A DNA stretch of 64,000 nucleotides from Psammoneis japonica (taxonomy: Eukaryota), in contig QPGO01000002.1 of the NCBI GenBank assembly GCA_008632985.1, positions 62,001 through 126,000 on the forward strand, in the 5' to 3' direction. Of this stretch, positions 50,237 to 63,470 are shown in pieces (the first letter of the stretch is position 1; every line of letters begins with the position of its first letter). The notes under the pieces are model-generated. The model was not told where the DNA came from. It searched no databases and saw only the letters and a program-made list of their open reading frames with translations. The translations under genes were made by a program, and so were the position numbers.

Positions 50237-53226
50237 ATGGGCACACGTGGCATTCCATGGCACGGCGACGCTCCGAGGCCTCGATGGCCAGTTGAACAAC
50301 AACCAGATTTGGCATTTGAGAAACCAAAAGCACCGTTCAAGTTCAAACCTGAGAATGTGAAAAGACATGGATTGCTTTCCAAAAAGTGGAAGAAGGAATC
50401 TGTCAACAGATTGGAGGTGTCGGAAGCTGGAGCTTGCATGTTGTGGGACGGACACAGCAAACCGCATTGCCAAAATCCCCGTTCTGATCGTGGGAAGCTC
50501 AACAAACTGGCGAAAGAACAAGGTGTTCCTGTCAATGGAATGAAAGGGACGCACATTGACCCTGGCGAGTTCATGCACATTGACCATGAAAGTGATTTTT
50601 GGCGTGATTGTTTTGCACCCCATTTGTCCAAGTTGGATGTCAAGGGATTGGTTGATGACATGTTGAAGTCTCATTCGGAAGATGCTGGTGACCGCCTGAG
50701 GGGCAATGTCACTGCAGGCGGTGGACATGCTTCACAAAACACATGGTTGAATGAAGACGGAGCAACAGAACCTCAGGTCACTAAAGGGCTTAGGAAACAG
50801 CACGTGGAAACAATGTGTTGCATGTCTGACATGCTTCATGATTGGGTGAAAGCTGCTCCTGGATGGGACGAAGTGCCGTTCACTGCAGACAAACGGCGGA
50901 ACGATTGCTTTGCCTCCAAACTTTGCGACAAATTTGGTTTGAACCGGATCAACAAGAATGGCAAACAATCACAACTGTTCGAGCACTTTACATTGGCTGT
51001 GACTTCGGCGGATGGGTTAGATCCTATTGCCAAACTGGCTGTGTTGCTTGGTTGCCATGCAGACGACTTGAATTGAAGGAAAAAGAACTGCAACGCTCTC
51101 ATGTGCATCCACTTTCATGTGTGCATTGATGGTGAGTCATTGCTGTGGCATGTCTTTCATTTTTGATTTGTTCAATGTGCACGCTCTAACGTCATTGTTG
51201 ATTTATTGCCTGTCAGGCAAATGGCATCGAACAAGTCTAAAAGCACTTCATCCATCCAGCTGGCAGTGACGAGTTGCTTTGCCAGATGTTGGACTTCTTC
51301 CACTCCTTGCCAAAAGAGTGTCGCCAAATCGATGCACGTTTCTTGCTGCCATCACGTTCAGTTGGGGTCCACTGTCCTTTCCCCAACATGAACAAAATGG
51401 TGTGGCACGCAGCCTTCGCCTCTGCCATGCTGTGCAGGCTGCGGTCTTTTCCAGTCTCTAAGGAGCGAGCTTGCGAATTGCTTCTACCAGTGGGATGGTT
51501 GACCACCCCCAATCAGATGTACGAAGTGTACAAAGGGTGGGCGAAGAACGGTCTTCCCAAGTGTAATCTCACAGAGGCGTTCATTGATGAATGTGTGCGT
51601 CGTCATGGTGGGCTGTTGCGTGGCGACGGCAGTCGCTTGCAGCCGGCATTCACCTGCTCCACTACAAATGTGGGGATTTGTCGTTCACTGTTTGATCTTC
51701 TTCAATCCATTCGCAAGTCTGATGCTGGAGAGTTAGATTGTGACGGAGTGCTCAAGCTTCTCACTCACTGCGACAAGAAGAATGGCGTTCCAATTCAAAA
51801 TGTCATTGGTGTGGCGGACATTGGAGCACAGACTTTGGTTGCAGTCGGCAGCACAGTGGCCATGTACGAGGATGCGACATTGGTGGAGCAAGCTCGAGTG
51901 TGTCCTTCCACACGCACATGCAAGGTCATCAACGAGACGTTTGGCATTAGAACTCCTGTGGTGAATGAGTGTTATAAGAAGTTTGCCCGACTCACTGGCA
52001 CAAGTGCAGCTGTGGCCGAGAATGTTCCTTGTGAAAAACTCAGAACTTTGGGTGAAAATGCAGACTGTGTGACGTCTGAGCTTGTCAAGAGTGGCATGTC
52101 TCAACGGATTCAAAAGAATGGCCATTGCTACAGGCCAGACACTGTTCACCACGATCAATCTGTCTTTGAAATTGAAAACGGAGTTAGGATAGAATCGTTC
52201 AAGAAGTGCCATTCGGACGAAGGAGAGGAGCATGATCTGGTGCGTGAGCCAATGAAACTTCCCCAATACAAGATCAACAATAGAATTGAAATGGATTGTC
52301 CTTGGGTGCTGGGGAAGTTTGCATCCTTGAAGCCGGCAGAAGTAAAAACTTCCGAAACGTCTGTGCTCCCAGAAGACCGCAAGAAGAACGAGACTCGAAA
52401 GAAGAAGAGTGCCAAGTTCAACAAGAACAGTCACTCTGGCGTGGGAAGAAACTACGCTTGGGAAGCGTCTCTTCGGGCAAAGGTGGACAAAGATTCTGAG
52501 CTTGACTTCGAGATCAGCAAATGTGAAGAGGATGATCAACCTCACTACACCAGTGTCAACAAAGATCTTAAGTTAACGCTCACTCTTGGCAGAAGAAGCG
52601 TCACTCGAAACTCGACACGTCCTGACTTGGAAAGCATGTTTGGAGCTAACCGATCAGACGGCACATGTCGAATAATAGAATTGGCGAAGCTGGCTATGAC
52701 GAGTCTTGGTGCAGTGGCTTCTCGGAAAAGGAAAAGAGGGAAACGAAAATTGGTCCATTGCACAACCAATGAACAATTTGGTCGGGATCCAATTTTTACT
52801 GCCACCGTTAATTCAGCGAAACAAGTGCTTTTGCGGAGGAACTACAACGATTGCGTCTTGCCATTGGAAGGACTGGTGGCACATGAAAGAGATGTCGCGT
52901 TCTACCGGACACGTGCACAAGCCGAAGCCGCTGTTCTTCTGAAAGCTATCTTGCATCACACGCCGGAAACTAAGACTCAGTCGGGGATCAAGACGGACCC
53001 AAAATGGGCTGTTAACCTTCTACCAGCTTCAAGAATGAATGTTTTGGGTAGAGATTTTGTGGTGTTGTACACATGCACTACCACTGGTCATGGCAAAAAC
53101 TCAAGAGCAGTGAATACGTTGCTCGGTGTGTTGTTCTTTCGAGGAGGATGCCGGATTTTGTCCATCCCTACTGACAAAATGGATTTGAAAAGAATGTGGC
53201 AAGACTACTGTTTACAAAAGTTATAA
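50237..53226 (+). pseudogene. Spliced gene with an HxDxxN motif and an HhH-like ENxxCE domain; damaged at the 5' end, nearly intact at the 3' end
   Basis: ORFs 50237-51076 and 51274-53226; likely intron 51132-51216 (GTGAGT, CTAAC branch, CAG); CHADDLN, WHRTSL, GVADIGAQ, AENVPCEKLR; in-frame TGA at 51074 and a frameshift after the intron. Confidence 0.6.
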
Positions 53227-53796
53227 TTAAAGTGTGTAACTGTGAGGAAGTGCTTGTTAACGATTAAGTCGTTCAATCTTATTGTGTCGCTGACAATTGT
53301 TCCGTTTCCACCAAAATCGTCGTACAGCCGTCTTACAATTTGGCAAAATTGCCCATTTGTGAAGGTGTCGACGTCACGATTGAGATTATTGGTCATCCGT
53401 TCGTTGGCGTTGTCGACGACGTTGCTCCTCTCTGTCGATGTTTGCTCTTGCACGTCTGTGGCTTCAGATAGATCAGCCACTTTCAACTTGCTCCATCCGC
53501 TTTTCTTTCATCCTTGCAATCTTATTGTGGACAATCTTTCTCCAATGCGACCCATATTCATTTAGTTGAACAACGGTGATTTTTTCTGTTTCTGGATCAA
53601 AGACAATTCCGGCTTGTTCCCATTCTATCTCGACATTCGACACCCTCCGTTGCATCTTCGTCGTCCGTATTGATACACTCGTCAATATCAGAGTCAACCA
53701 TAAAGCAATGGTTCTTCCTAAAAGTTCTTCTGGGTATAAGACAACTGCCAACGGTGCCACGACGAAGCTATCATACTCGAGGAGCATCTCATTCAT
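53205..53796 (-). CDS. Hypothetical protein(s), two overlapping short ORFs
   Basis: ORFs 53473-53796 and 53205-53486 lie in TA-normal sequence and have protein-like composition; no family recognised. Confidence 0.25.
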
Positions 53797-53827
53797 GATA
53801 CCCAGGACTCTCGCATAACTTAAGTCG

Positions 53828-54253
53828 TCACAAAATTCTCGGTTCCAACGGGTTTAACGTCTGTAATGGAGCACTCCCCATCTGTCTATGCGCCGCAAGA
53901 GCAGGATTGAAAGAGTAGGATTTATCCCTTTTCGTGCACTGGTGCACTTTGAAATAGATATCATGATCGTACGCCTCGTCGTCATGGGCGTAAATACCAA
54001 CCTCGTGTCCCGAATCCTTGTAGGTGACGGTCGCGTCGCACTTTGCCTCCCAGTTTACGGTCCACGGTATAAATCTAAAAAACCCTCTTGTTCCCTCGTA
54101 ACAACCGCGATTGTTGTCGCCCATCTCTCGACATGTCTGCTCGCAAACGGACGTTTGTGCAAAGACGCAATAACTTCCTCGGTTTGGATGGGGCCGCCCC
54201 TCGGATGGGTCAATGGTGGGTAATGTAATGGAATCTTGATAATCTTGTCCCAA
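53828..54253 (-). CDS. Hypothetical protein
   Basis: 141-aa ORF with normal Tyr content in the TA-normal island. Confidence 0.35.
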   Translation of the reverse strand: MGQDYQDSITLPTIDPSEGRPHPNRGSYCVFAQTSVCEQTCREMGDNNRGCYEGTRGFFRFIPWTVNWEAKCDATVTYKDSGHEVGIYAHDDEAYDHDIYFKVHQCTKRDKSYSFNPALAAHRQMGSAPLQTLNPLEPRIL

Positions 54254-55109
54254 ATGGAAATAACCCTAAAACCAAGCCTTGATGGCTCGGGGCTCTTGAA
54301 AATGTTGGAAGACAAACTGTCAGGACAGCTCGAACGGAATCTCCAAAACCCGGCCAGCACACCATGCCGAAGAAGGCTTCAAAGGTAATGACGCAAAGAA
54401 TAACTCTCCTATAAACACCGGGAAACTTGGAACGCGCTTCCTCTCCATGGACGGCTTCCTGAAATGGAACTAGTAGGATGATGGAGCCATCAAACAGCAA
54501 AACCGGCACTTAAGACACAAACAAGCACGCATCAGAGAGGAACATTAGATTCAGTTTCCGGACTAGGTCCTAACCAACACACTGTGTCCTGCACTTTGAG
54601 AATGGGCTTCACGGACTGTTCGTTCTTGTTTTCGAGAGCCCAACTCTTGAACAAGCAATCCGAGGAAAACAAAACACTGGAGTAGTCAAGGCTAAGACAG
54701 GCAGCGCAATGGCATAGCCAGAAGTAGCAAAGGCGTGCGGTAGATACAAAGTGGTAGGCCCCACCAGTCCCGCTGAAGGGTGATGACGATAACGGAGTTG
54801 CGCCAACGTCGACAGCGTTGTCGTTGCCATTCTTTCGCACCGATGCGTCTTGAAGCGACACCGCGGAGCGGCGGCGAACCCCTTCCTTTCCAATCTTTTT
54901 CAATGAGACGTGCGACAGCCCGGGATCCTCCAATGAAATCATGGTGACTGGTGCTAACATGCTAGAAACCCACAAGGCAAAACATATAAAGAAAAAGCGA
55001 CACGCGTTCTATGCAACGACAGGAATCGCACAACGTACAGCACACTCACAGCGAGTTCACTCTTGACAAGATTAGAAACCATCATTTGAGTTGGTCCCAC
55101 GCATCGTTC

Positions 55110-55400
55110 CAAGAGATTGGATACAACCAGTTTGGCGCTTGACTAGAATGTTGAAACTAATGCCAGGGACAAAGAGAGCAGGTCTCGTTCCGTTGGCGTT
55201 GCAAATCGTGGTGCGAATCTCCTCGTCGCTCAGTCCATCGAAGGCGCCGACAGAATTCATGGAAGACGAAAACGCCTCCGTGAAAATATAGGAGACACGC
55301 GCTCCTCTAAAGAGCTCATTCAAGGAGTTGTGCTTAGCGCCATTACTGGGTATAATGACCACCGCGACCTTCAAGGATCGGCGCAAAGCTGTACAGTATC
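55110..55400 (-). pseudogene. Dynamin-related protein (Drp1/Vps1-type) middle-domain fragment
   Basis: ELFRGARVSYIF...FDGLSDEEIRTTICNANGTRPALFVP.ISF.ILVKRQ is the dynamin central-region signature; no GTPase domain nearby. Confidence 0.8.
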
Positions 55401-55699
55401 GTTCACGGAGAGCGATTCTCCAAAACATCGAGTTTGTGCGTCAGAAGAGCCACGTTCATATCCCAACACGCAACACGTGAAGCCTTGTGGTGGACTCTGT
55501 CATTCACAGGCGACAAAAGCCTTAGGTGCAGTAAAGTCACTTCTCGAATCTGGAAACGGATGTTACCCTCTCTTGTCGTACTGCGCGCTGCTGCTTTGTG
55601 CCGGTAGAACGTTATTGAACATGCTCATCGTCATTTTCTTGGAAGCAAATTCACGAATTTCAAAATCACATGTGGACGAGAGACAAGCCACGTGGAAGC

Positions 55700-58250
55700 A
55701 AAAAAACTGTCCTCGACGTTTAGGTCGACTACGCGATGCTCTCACCCGCAGGACTTCCCCCGAACCCGTCAACGTGCCACCGCCAACGACTACCATAAGT
55801 TGCTTGGAGAACTCCGTTCGCTCTCGCTTGCCACACCCGGCTCCCGAGGCCTTTTCTCTGAGCTGCAAGACGCTCTCCGTCACACCCCACCTGACTCCCG
55901 TGTCCGTTTGACTCCCACCGTGCACAGTGTCTTGGATGATTTCAGCGATCTCACCACAACAATCGAAGATCGACCCGCACGCATCCAAGAGCTTGCACCG
56001 TTGGACTTTACCGTGCATGGCTGCCATGACGCCGCCGGCCATGGTGCTGGTGGTGTCCTCCTCCCAACTCCTGCTGCTGTCCCCCGGGCGGCCCGGGTGA
56101 AGCATTCACCCCCCGAGGGCGGCCCCGGCGCCAGCAGGATTCAGGCCCCGCGGCATGGTGCATGCCCTTTCCCTGCAATGTCACCATGGATTTGGCAACC
56201 TTTGACAGCCCCAATGGTTCCATTGCCAACACTGACCTCGAATTAGCAGGTGGCATGCTCCACACCCATGCCGCCACGGATTGTTTCGATCTGCGGGAAC
56301 GCACCAACCTGCAGTGCACCGACAGTTTGGGCACAATGTGCTGGCAACGTAAGGGCTCTTCCACCACTGCCAAGCCCTGAGCCAAGCTCCCACACCATGC
56401 CGCCTGTCACCAATGTTGTCACTGCCACATTGCGCTGCATGATTGCCTGCCGCCGGGGCCGTTGAGCACAGCTGCTGACGATGCCTCCCGCCTTCAATCA
56501 CTGACCACTGCTGCCTTTTTGTGACATTTTAACACTTTTTGTCCCCAGACCAAATCTTGGCACTTGTGGACGCTGCCACAAGAGCTGCGTTCCTGCGCAA
56601 TCTTGGCGCTGCGCAATTCGCAGTCACCAACTCCGTTGCCCCTGCACGCGCCACCGCCTGCGACACCCATTGGACAAAATGGACTGAATTTTGTGCTGAC
56701 ATGGCCATCGACCCATTGCTCCAAGCCATCGACAACCCAGTTCTCTTCCTCCAGGTCTTCATGCACTGACACAGAACTGGCCAAATCGCCCCACATGGCC
56801 ATCCCATCAAAGCACGCACCGCTGAAGATGCCGTGCGGTCGGTTGGACAAACGCTTTCTGCAATGGGGGCCCCAGACCCACGCAAAACACCCCAAGGCCA
56901 AATGGATTTCCATCTTACCCAACAAATCCGTCACTGGGTGAAACCCATCCCGATCACTGTTCTCCATTGGATCCTCACGTCGGCGGCCACTGGTCACCAC
57001 CCCGGCACCATGGCCATTGCCGACATGATCACTCTTGCATTCTTTTGTTTGATGTGACCCGGCAAATGCACTGCAACACCACCCGACTCCACCCCATTCT
57101 GTCTGGCCGATTTGTGTCTGAGCACTGGTCAAGCATGCTTGGATTTATTCACTTGCCCTGCTGCCCATCTCAATGCTGCTGCCTTTGCCATGCTTGCTTT
57201 CACCACCCAGAAAAATGGTGTCCGTGGTGAAGTCACAGGTCAAGGCCTCTCTGGGCATCCTCAACTTTGCCCCGTCAAGGCTGCAGCACGCCAAGCTCTG
57301 CATCTCCGCTCCCATGGAGCGCAACCTGACACTCCGCTGTCCGTTCATTTTCACAATGGTGCCTGGCATTGTGTCACTCCTGCTGACATCACTGCCATCC
57401 TCTGCACCGCTGTCCTGGCCTCGGCCCTCAGAACCTCAGTTTTGCACCTGGCAATGTCTCTGCCCACAGTCTTTGAGCTGCAGGTGCCATGGATTTGCTG
57501 TGTGCCCGAGTGGACACGGACATTGCACATCTCTTGGGTTGCTGGCACTCTGATGAAATGCCTCGGCACCTCCACCTTCAGGCGGAACCGATTGTGTGCC
57601 ATTTCTCTTGATGGATGCTCCAAGGTGGCAACTTTGTTCTCCTTCCGAATGCCAATGTCCCCATTGACCCTCCGTGAGCACCACACCCACCAGACGTGGC
57701 CCACCCTCCCGCCCAAGTCACAGGCCCTCCACTGCATTGCCACGCTGTTGTGGGTGGCACTGGCGGCCTGCTGTCCAGCTTGGGTTTGGGAGCAGGGCTT
57801 CCTGCAGCACTGGCAAAGCCATCTCCACTCCTGCCTGTTGGATTTGGTCCTGTTGTGTCTTGTCTCCCAGCTTGAATCACTCTGCCGAGGACAAACGAGA
57901 AAAGCGGCGACAGCTGCTGTCCTTGTGAGATCCGCAAAGAGGGACTCCCAATTCCTTTCCCGTTGAAAGTGCCGTGCGTTGCACAGGAGTTAGAATGACT
58001 CTTCTCTGGCTTTCATTGTTTTCATTCTTTTGAGAACAACAACAGCAAGCCGGGCTCTAGACAGCCAATCGCTCCCACCTCTCCCGCCCTCTGGCCTGCC
58101 TGCCGTCCAGCTTGGTTTGGGAGTGGGGCTTCCCACAGCGCCAGCAAAGCCATCTCCACTCCTGCCTGTTGGATTTGGTCCTGTCATGTCTTCTCTCCTG
58201 GCTTGAATCACTCTGCCAAGGACAAACGAGAAAAGTGGCAACAGCCGCTT
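55700..58250 (+). mobile_element. Tyrosine-recombinase retroelement relic (DIRS/Ngaro-like): RT end, RNase H, YR and terminal direct repeats
   Basis: YHKLLGELRSLSLATPGSRGLFS, HDAAGHGAGGV, IANTDLELAG, RSVGQTL..MGAPDPR, AFFCLM*PG, FTTQKNGVRGE, LCPVKA, HSL*AAGA, GCWHSDEMPRHLH (=GRWxSD..LRYLH); duplicated block about 57767-57915 and 58095-58245. Confidence 0.82.
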
Positions 58251-59236
58251 TCTTCTGTCTTTTGCACCCAAAAACCGCCAAGCAACAAAAAAAAAAAGAT
58301 CGGTTGCTCACGCTTTACGCAGTTGTTCTCAGCTCACAAGGAATGCCCCTCAACACCAACGAGTGTTTGTTGGACCCTGTTCTTCCTGATTTGTTTACGT
58401 TCAATCCTTTCATGGCTGTGATCCAGTGTGCAAAGATGAGTTTGAACAAGGTGCAGAAGGTCTGAACCTGACCGAGATCACCGGGTGCTTTGATGAGCCA
58501 GGCAACAGTGCAGACACATGTTGTGAGTTGAGTGGAAGACCAATGAGCTTCGTGCTTGATGCACTCAATGCTCTGGCACACGACAGCCAGCTTGACTTGA
58601 TTTCATGCTCATCAAGCTTCCAGCTCTGTCTCGCCATCTCACCTGACCTGGTCGCCACATTGAATCACTCATCAAGTTTCTTGAGCAAAATTTCAATGTG
58701 TGTTTTGCAATGTTTCGCGGGTGCTTGAGGCACAACAAAATTTGGTTCAGCAGCCACAACAATGGGGTGATGTTGGGGGTCAAGACAAGATGCACATGGA
58801 AGTTGATGATGCACACTTTGCAAGTCTGAGTGCTCAATTTGGAGAGTGGATGCACCACAAGGGAGAATCGCTGATGACGCTCTTGATGGAGTGGGCACGG
58901 CACACAGCACATGGCATGCAGTCTCAGCCCTGTGCAAAGTGCTGGCCATTTCAGTTGACATGCATGATTCCTTGATGAGAGTGCAACATCATCCAAGAAT
59001 CGATCAGCTTTGTGTGCAGTCCCTTCTGCAGCAGTGTGGCTTCTTCCCAGTTTTCTTTTGCCAGGCCTTCTCCAAAACAAAAAATGCTGAATCTGAGCAT
59101 GGTGGAGAGTGGTGTGCAATCTGAAATCTCCAAATCACCGGCACATGCTGTGCCAACAATCCAAAGCAGTGGCACAAATGACAAGACATCCAACAGCAAG
59201 TGTGGAACTCAAATGCTCTCACTGCACTGCTGCTGG

Positions 59237-59345
59237 ATGGGCTCCAGTCCCAGGTGGGACTCTGTTTGACATTGGGCCCGCAGAACCCCACATGTGAGCT
59301 GCACAGCACAAGAAATTAATCAGTGGACACATTTGTCTTCAACAT
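59237..59345 (-). mobile_element. Truncated end of the MITE family
   Basis: gatgggctccagtcccaggtgggac...ttgacattgggcccgcagaa matches the MITE right terminus in reverse complement. Confidence 0.6.
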
Positions 59346-60495
59346 CAAATGAATGACCAAATTTGCAGTGCAACTGTGCCTCTTGCCATGTCAAACTGCA
59401 CAACAGCAGCTGGGATCCCCACCCAAAGTTGTGCAATGACTTCTGTCACACAGCTGCAGGAAAAGAAGAAGCTGTTGTTTTGGTGCTGCAGGGCCTCTCT
59501 GCCCTGCAATCCCAACAACAGGCAAGTCCATGCTTGCGCTGCACCTGGCAGCAATGCGAAAGTGAGTGCAGCTGGCCTGTGTTTGCATTGCACAATGATG
59601 CCAACCCACATCAAACAAGACAACCACAGCATCACACTGCAGTCAAAAGGGTTGGTGCTCACAATCATTGGAACAAAGCAAACCACTCAAGCACAGCTGT
59701 TCTGTCTTTCAAGAGCAGGTGTGAGGCATTGCAGCAACTCAGATTTGGGTTTGCAGCTTTGGGCACCACCTTTTGTTGCAGTTGCCAACTTTTGCATGGC
59801 CAGGATGCCAGCCCCCATTGGCTCTGACAGGCTGTCTCAACACATTCAAAGGAGGCTCAAATGCACAAGTGATGTTTTCCACCTTGTGCGCACAAGTTGT
59901 GTCAATGTTGCCGGTGGGGGGGTCTTTTGGTCACAAACCAAAGCTGCTCCTCTCTCCTTTTGCTCTTCTCTTTTGCTCTCTCTCTCCTCCCACTCTCTCC
60001 TGGAGCTGCTGACTGCCACAAACTCTCAGATTCTGTGGAGAGTGTTCTGCAACCATGTCCATTGTCAAAGCAACATGAACAAGTCAAAAAACATCCAATG
60101 ATGGAAAAACACATCATGTGTTTGGATTGACATTTGTGTGAGTGGGAAAACATTGTCAAAGTGTTTTGGTTGAACGTTCTCATCAAGGGTGGTTGTAGAC
60201 CAGCCAGCTGCAAGACTGCATGCCCGCTGCATGGCACTGCACAAGCAAATGCAGCTGCCGGATGGGCTCAGCCACTCACAGTCTTGGTGGCTCCAGAGTT
60301 CACTCAGTCCCCTTGAAGTGTTCCTGGCAGACTTGGCAGGGACAATTTGTCCTGGTGCTGACCCAGTGTCTCCCAAACAACAACCACAATCTCTGAGCAT
60401 GGTGCAAACCCTCGCTGGGGACAAAATCGCCAATCACAATCTTTGAGCATGGTGCAAACCCTCACTGGGGAAGAAAATCACCACTGCTCCATGCA

Positions 60496-63470
60496 TCAAA
60501 CTCTGTGCATGGACTTGTCTAAGAACAGAAAATTCCATCTGATGGATGACACAATCTTCATGAACTGATTGCTCAGGTTTGTCTCTGTTCCTTCCTTCAC
60601 AATCCCAACAGTCCCTGCAGCAACAGCTTTGCGGTTGCGGTGATGTGCAACGGAATGATGTTTCTTCTTGAGTGTAGACTCAGCAACAGAACAGCTCTTG
60701 CAGACGGCCTTGTTGTCACAAAAGACATTGGCTGGCCCTTTGATTGGCACACCAAACATTTGAAGCTTGCGTCACAAACCCTCTGTGATCTCAACAGCAT
60801 TCTTGAGCGTGACAATCTCAGCTCCAAATGTGCTGGCCTCCACAGCATTCTGACGCTTCGAGTGCCACATGACAGGTGCCTGATTGACAAATGTCAAGAT
60901 GCCTGCACAGCTGCAATGATCAGCAACATTGCCAGCATGGCTGTCATCCACAAAACAATGTGTTGACACTGCGTTGCCTTGAGCAGGCAGTGCATTAGTT
61001 GGGATGGCTGCCAGTGAAAGTGCTGCCAATCGCACTTTGCAAATTGCAATTCATCTGTCTCAGGATGAGCCGGGTCAAATGCAATTTGGTGCTTTGCAAC
61101 CTGTTTGAGATGCACAAAGATGTGCAGCACCTGTTCCAGGTGGCCAATGCAAGGCAGTGCAAGGTGAGCAGCAGACATGAATGAAACTTCCAAATGCATG
61201 TCCACTCTGCCAAGTTCTGTGGCTCAAACCATCATGTCAGTCAACCCTTGGCAGCAGATCAGTCCTTTGGCATCTAATTTGCCAGTCATGCCCAACTCAG
61301 GTTTGTGCTCACTGCTCAGCGGAGTTGTTGCCTTGCCAGGCAGACATTTCCCTTCCTTGCCAAGCCCATCCTTGACATTCTGAACAGTGGCCTTGCAGCA
61401 CTTCTCTGCAGACATGGCCCAACCTGCAGCCCCACTGGCCAAAGTCATCTTGCAAAGAGCAGCACCAAGATGAGAATCTGACTCAGCTGCCTTGTCACCC
61501 TTGAGCTTGAACTTGGACCTGATGCCATCCATCATCTTTGTGGGTTCATGACCAATCAACAGCACATCATCAACATAAACTGGAACGCACTTGCAGTGCT
61601 TGAATCCATCCATTTTCACCACAGGTCTCATCCATGCATCCGGGTTGGCCTTGCTCGGTTTGTGCCCCAGCTCACAAAGCGTCTCCACTGGAAATGCTCT
61701 GAGCGCTGCTCTGGAACTCTTAAATCTGCACAGAGCCCTGACCACAATCATGATGCAGCCTTCATTCTCACCAAATTCAGATCCTGCATGTGTCCAAATC
61801 TTCTCCCTGCAAAGGGCAGCAAGGCACGCATTCTGGATGTCACACGCAAAAACTTGCAAGTCGTTGAGCACTGCAAGCATGAGTGCAATTCTTGCCAAAT
61901 GTGGAGAGACAACAGAAGAGCAGGTGATGTGTGCACGGGGGGTCCTGCCACCACACAAGCTTTGTGCGGCGGAATTTTTCTCCCATCTTGATGTCAAAAA
62001 TCACATGGCACTTCACTTCCAGGAACCCATGCACCATGTCGTCAAGCTCCCCTTCACACTTTTCAAAAGCAACCCACACATTCTTCATCTCCATGCAAAC
62101 GGGCATCCTGCCAGAGGGTGTTGCCATTTGCACAATCAATCTGAATTGCCTCCTTGATGCTCTTCAGAATCCAAATGCCAAACTCGTGCTTTGGAAGCCA
62201 GCACTTTGACTTGACCTTTGCAATGGAACGCTTGCAAGTTCTCACAACATGAGGACCCACCAAGCAAACGCCGCCTCCTTTGAGATCCTGCGTTGAATGG
62301 CAAACTTGGCAACTTGCACAAGAAAGCTCTCTTTGGTGTCCTTCAAGTCAACCCATGTTGTGCTTCTGTCCTTCCATTGGAGCACAAGTTCCCATCCTTT
62401 GGTGGACTTGCACCCTTTCCCAATGCCCTCCTCAGTCTTGAAGAACATGGATTGTGGAATGTCCCCATTTGCACAGAAATCTGCCATCTTGTCAAATGGG
62501 AGGTGCCGGTTCCCAACCTTGGCAATCTGTGCAAACACTCTCATGGCAATGGAGTCAGCTGAGAGCACAGTGCAATGCCCATCAGGGTGCTCTGCCTCAT
62601 GCATCCTTGTGTCAAGGATGGGATTGCCATTGTCATCTCTCAACCTCTTTGTGACACAAGCAAAACTCAGGGCCATCATCATCTCTTGATGGAAGTGCAA
62701 CTTCCATGTTGAGACATCCCCAGTCAGCTGCCTCCAGCATTGATGCTGATGTCACAAGTCTTTGTGTGGTCTTCTTGAGTGTGTTTGCCACTTGCTTGAG
62801 CCTGATGCACCATTGTTTGCTTGAGTCAGCAGTCAGCGGCCAACACATTGCCATGCCTCTCCTCAGACATGAAAGTCTTTTGGAGCACTGAGTCTTTCTT
62901 GTCCTTCGCCAATCGTCTCCATGGCAGAGATCTGGGCTTCCAATGTGGAGATCTGGACTTCCGACTCTGCTCCCACATTGACAGTCTTGAGCTCAATGGT
63001 CTGTGGATTTCAAGGTTGTTGGGAGGTCATCTGGATCTTTGGGCATTTGTGCAAGTCCTGCTCTGTGGGAGTGCAGGTTGTCACAATGCAACAATGTTGG
63101 CCCCCATGGCTTCAAGTGGCACAATGAATGACTTGTCCTCCACAAGGATGATGTGCAGTGGCAAGTCAGAACAGGGATTGTCCTGGACCTTGACACCAAG
63201 ATGCCACAGCTGCTTTATGCCAACCAACAAGTTCTCCATGGAATCAGGCATCCACAAGCCCTGCGGTTGAAGACCAGAGTGAACGTTGCTCCCAATGTTG
63301 GTGACGTCCAAGCTGTGGCCACTGAAACTGTTGGGACACTCTTGATGGAATCGCACCCCTCATTGAAAGGCAGCACATTGCATTCTTGTCCAGAACAACC
63401 TGAGAAGGTAAAGCTTTGACCAAAAACAGTGGAGTCAGCATGCAAATCCATTTCATGTGTGAGTGATTCA
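60496..63470 (-). mobile_element. Ty1/copia relic (protease, RT, RNase H; integrase largely missing)
   Basis: DLHADST (protease), STKGWELVLQWKD.ST.W..LKD.KES, DIQNACL, VYVDDVL, FVDDSHAGN, VEASTFGAE, FCDNKAV, STLKKKHHS. Confidence 0.88.

Noticed and set aside
58300..60480. ORFs between the YR element and the last copia
   Set aside because: No recognisable motifs; heavily mutated sequence with a 51-bp duplication near 60385-60470.
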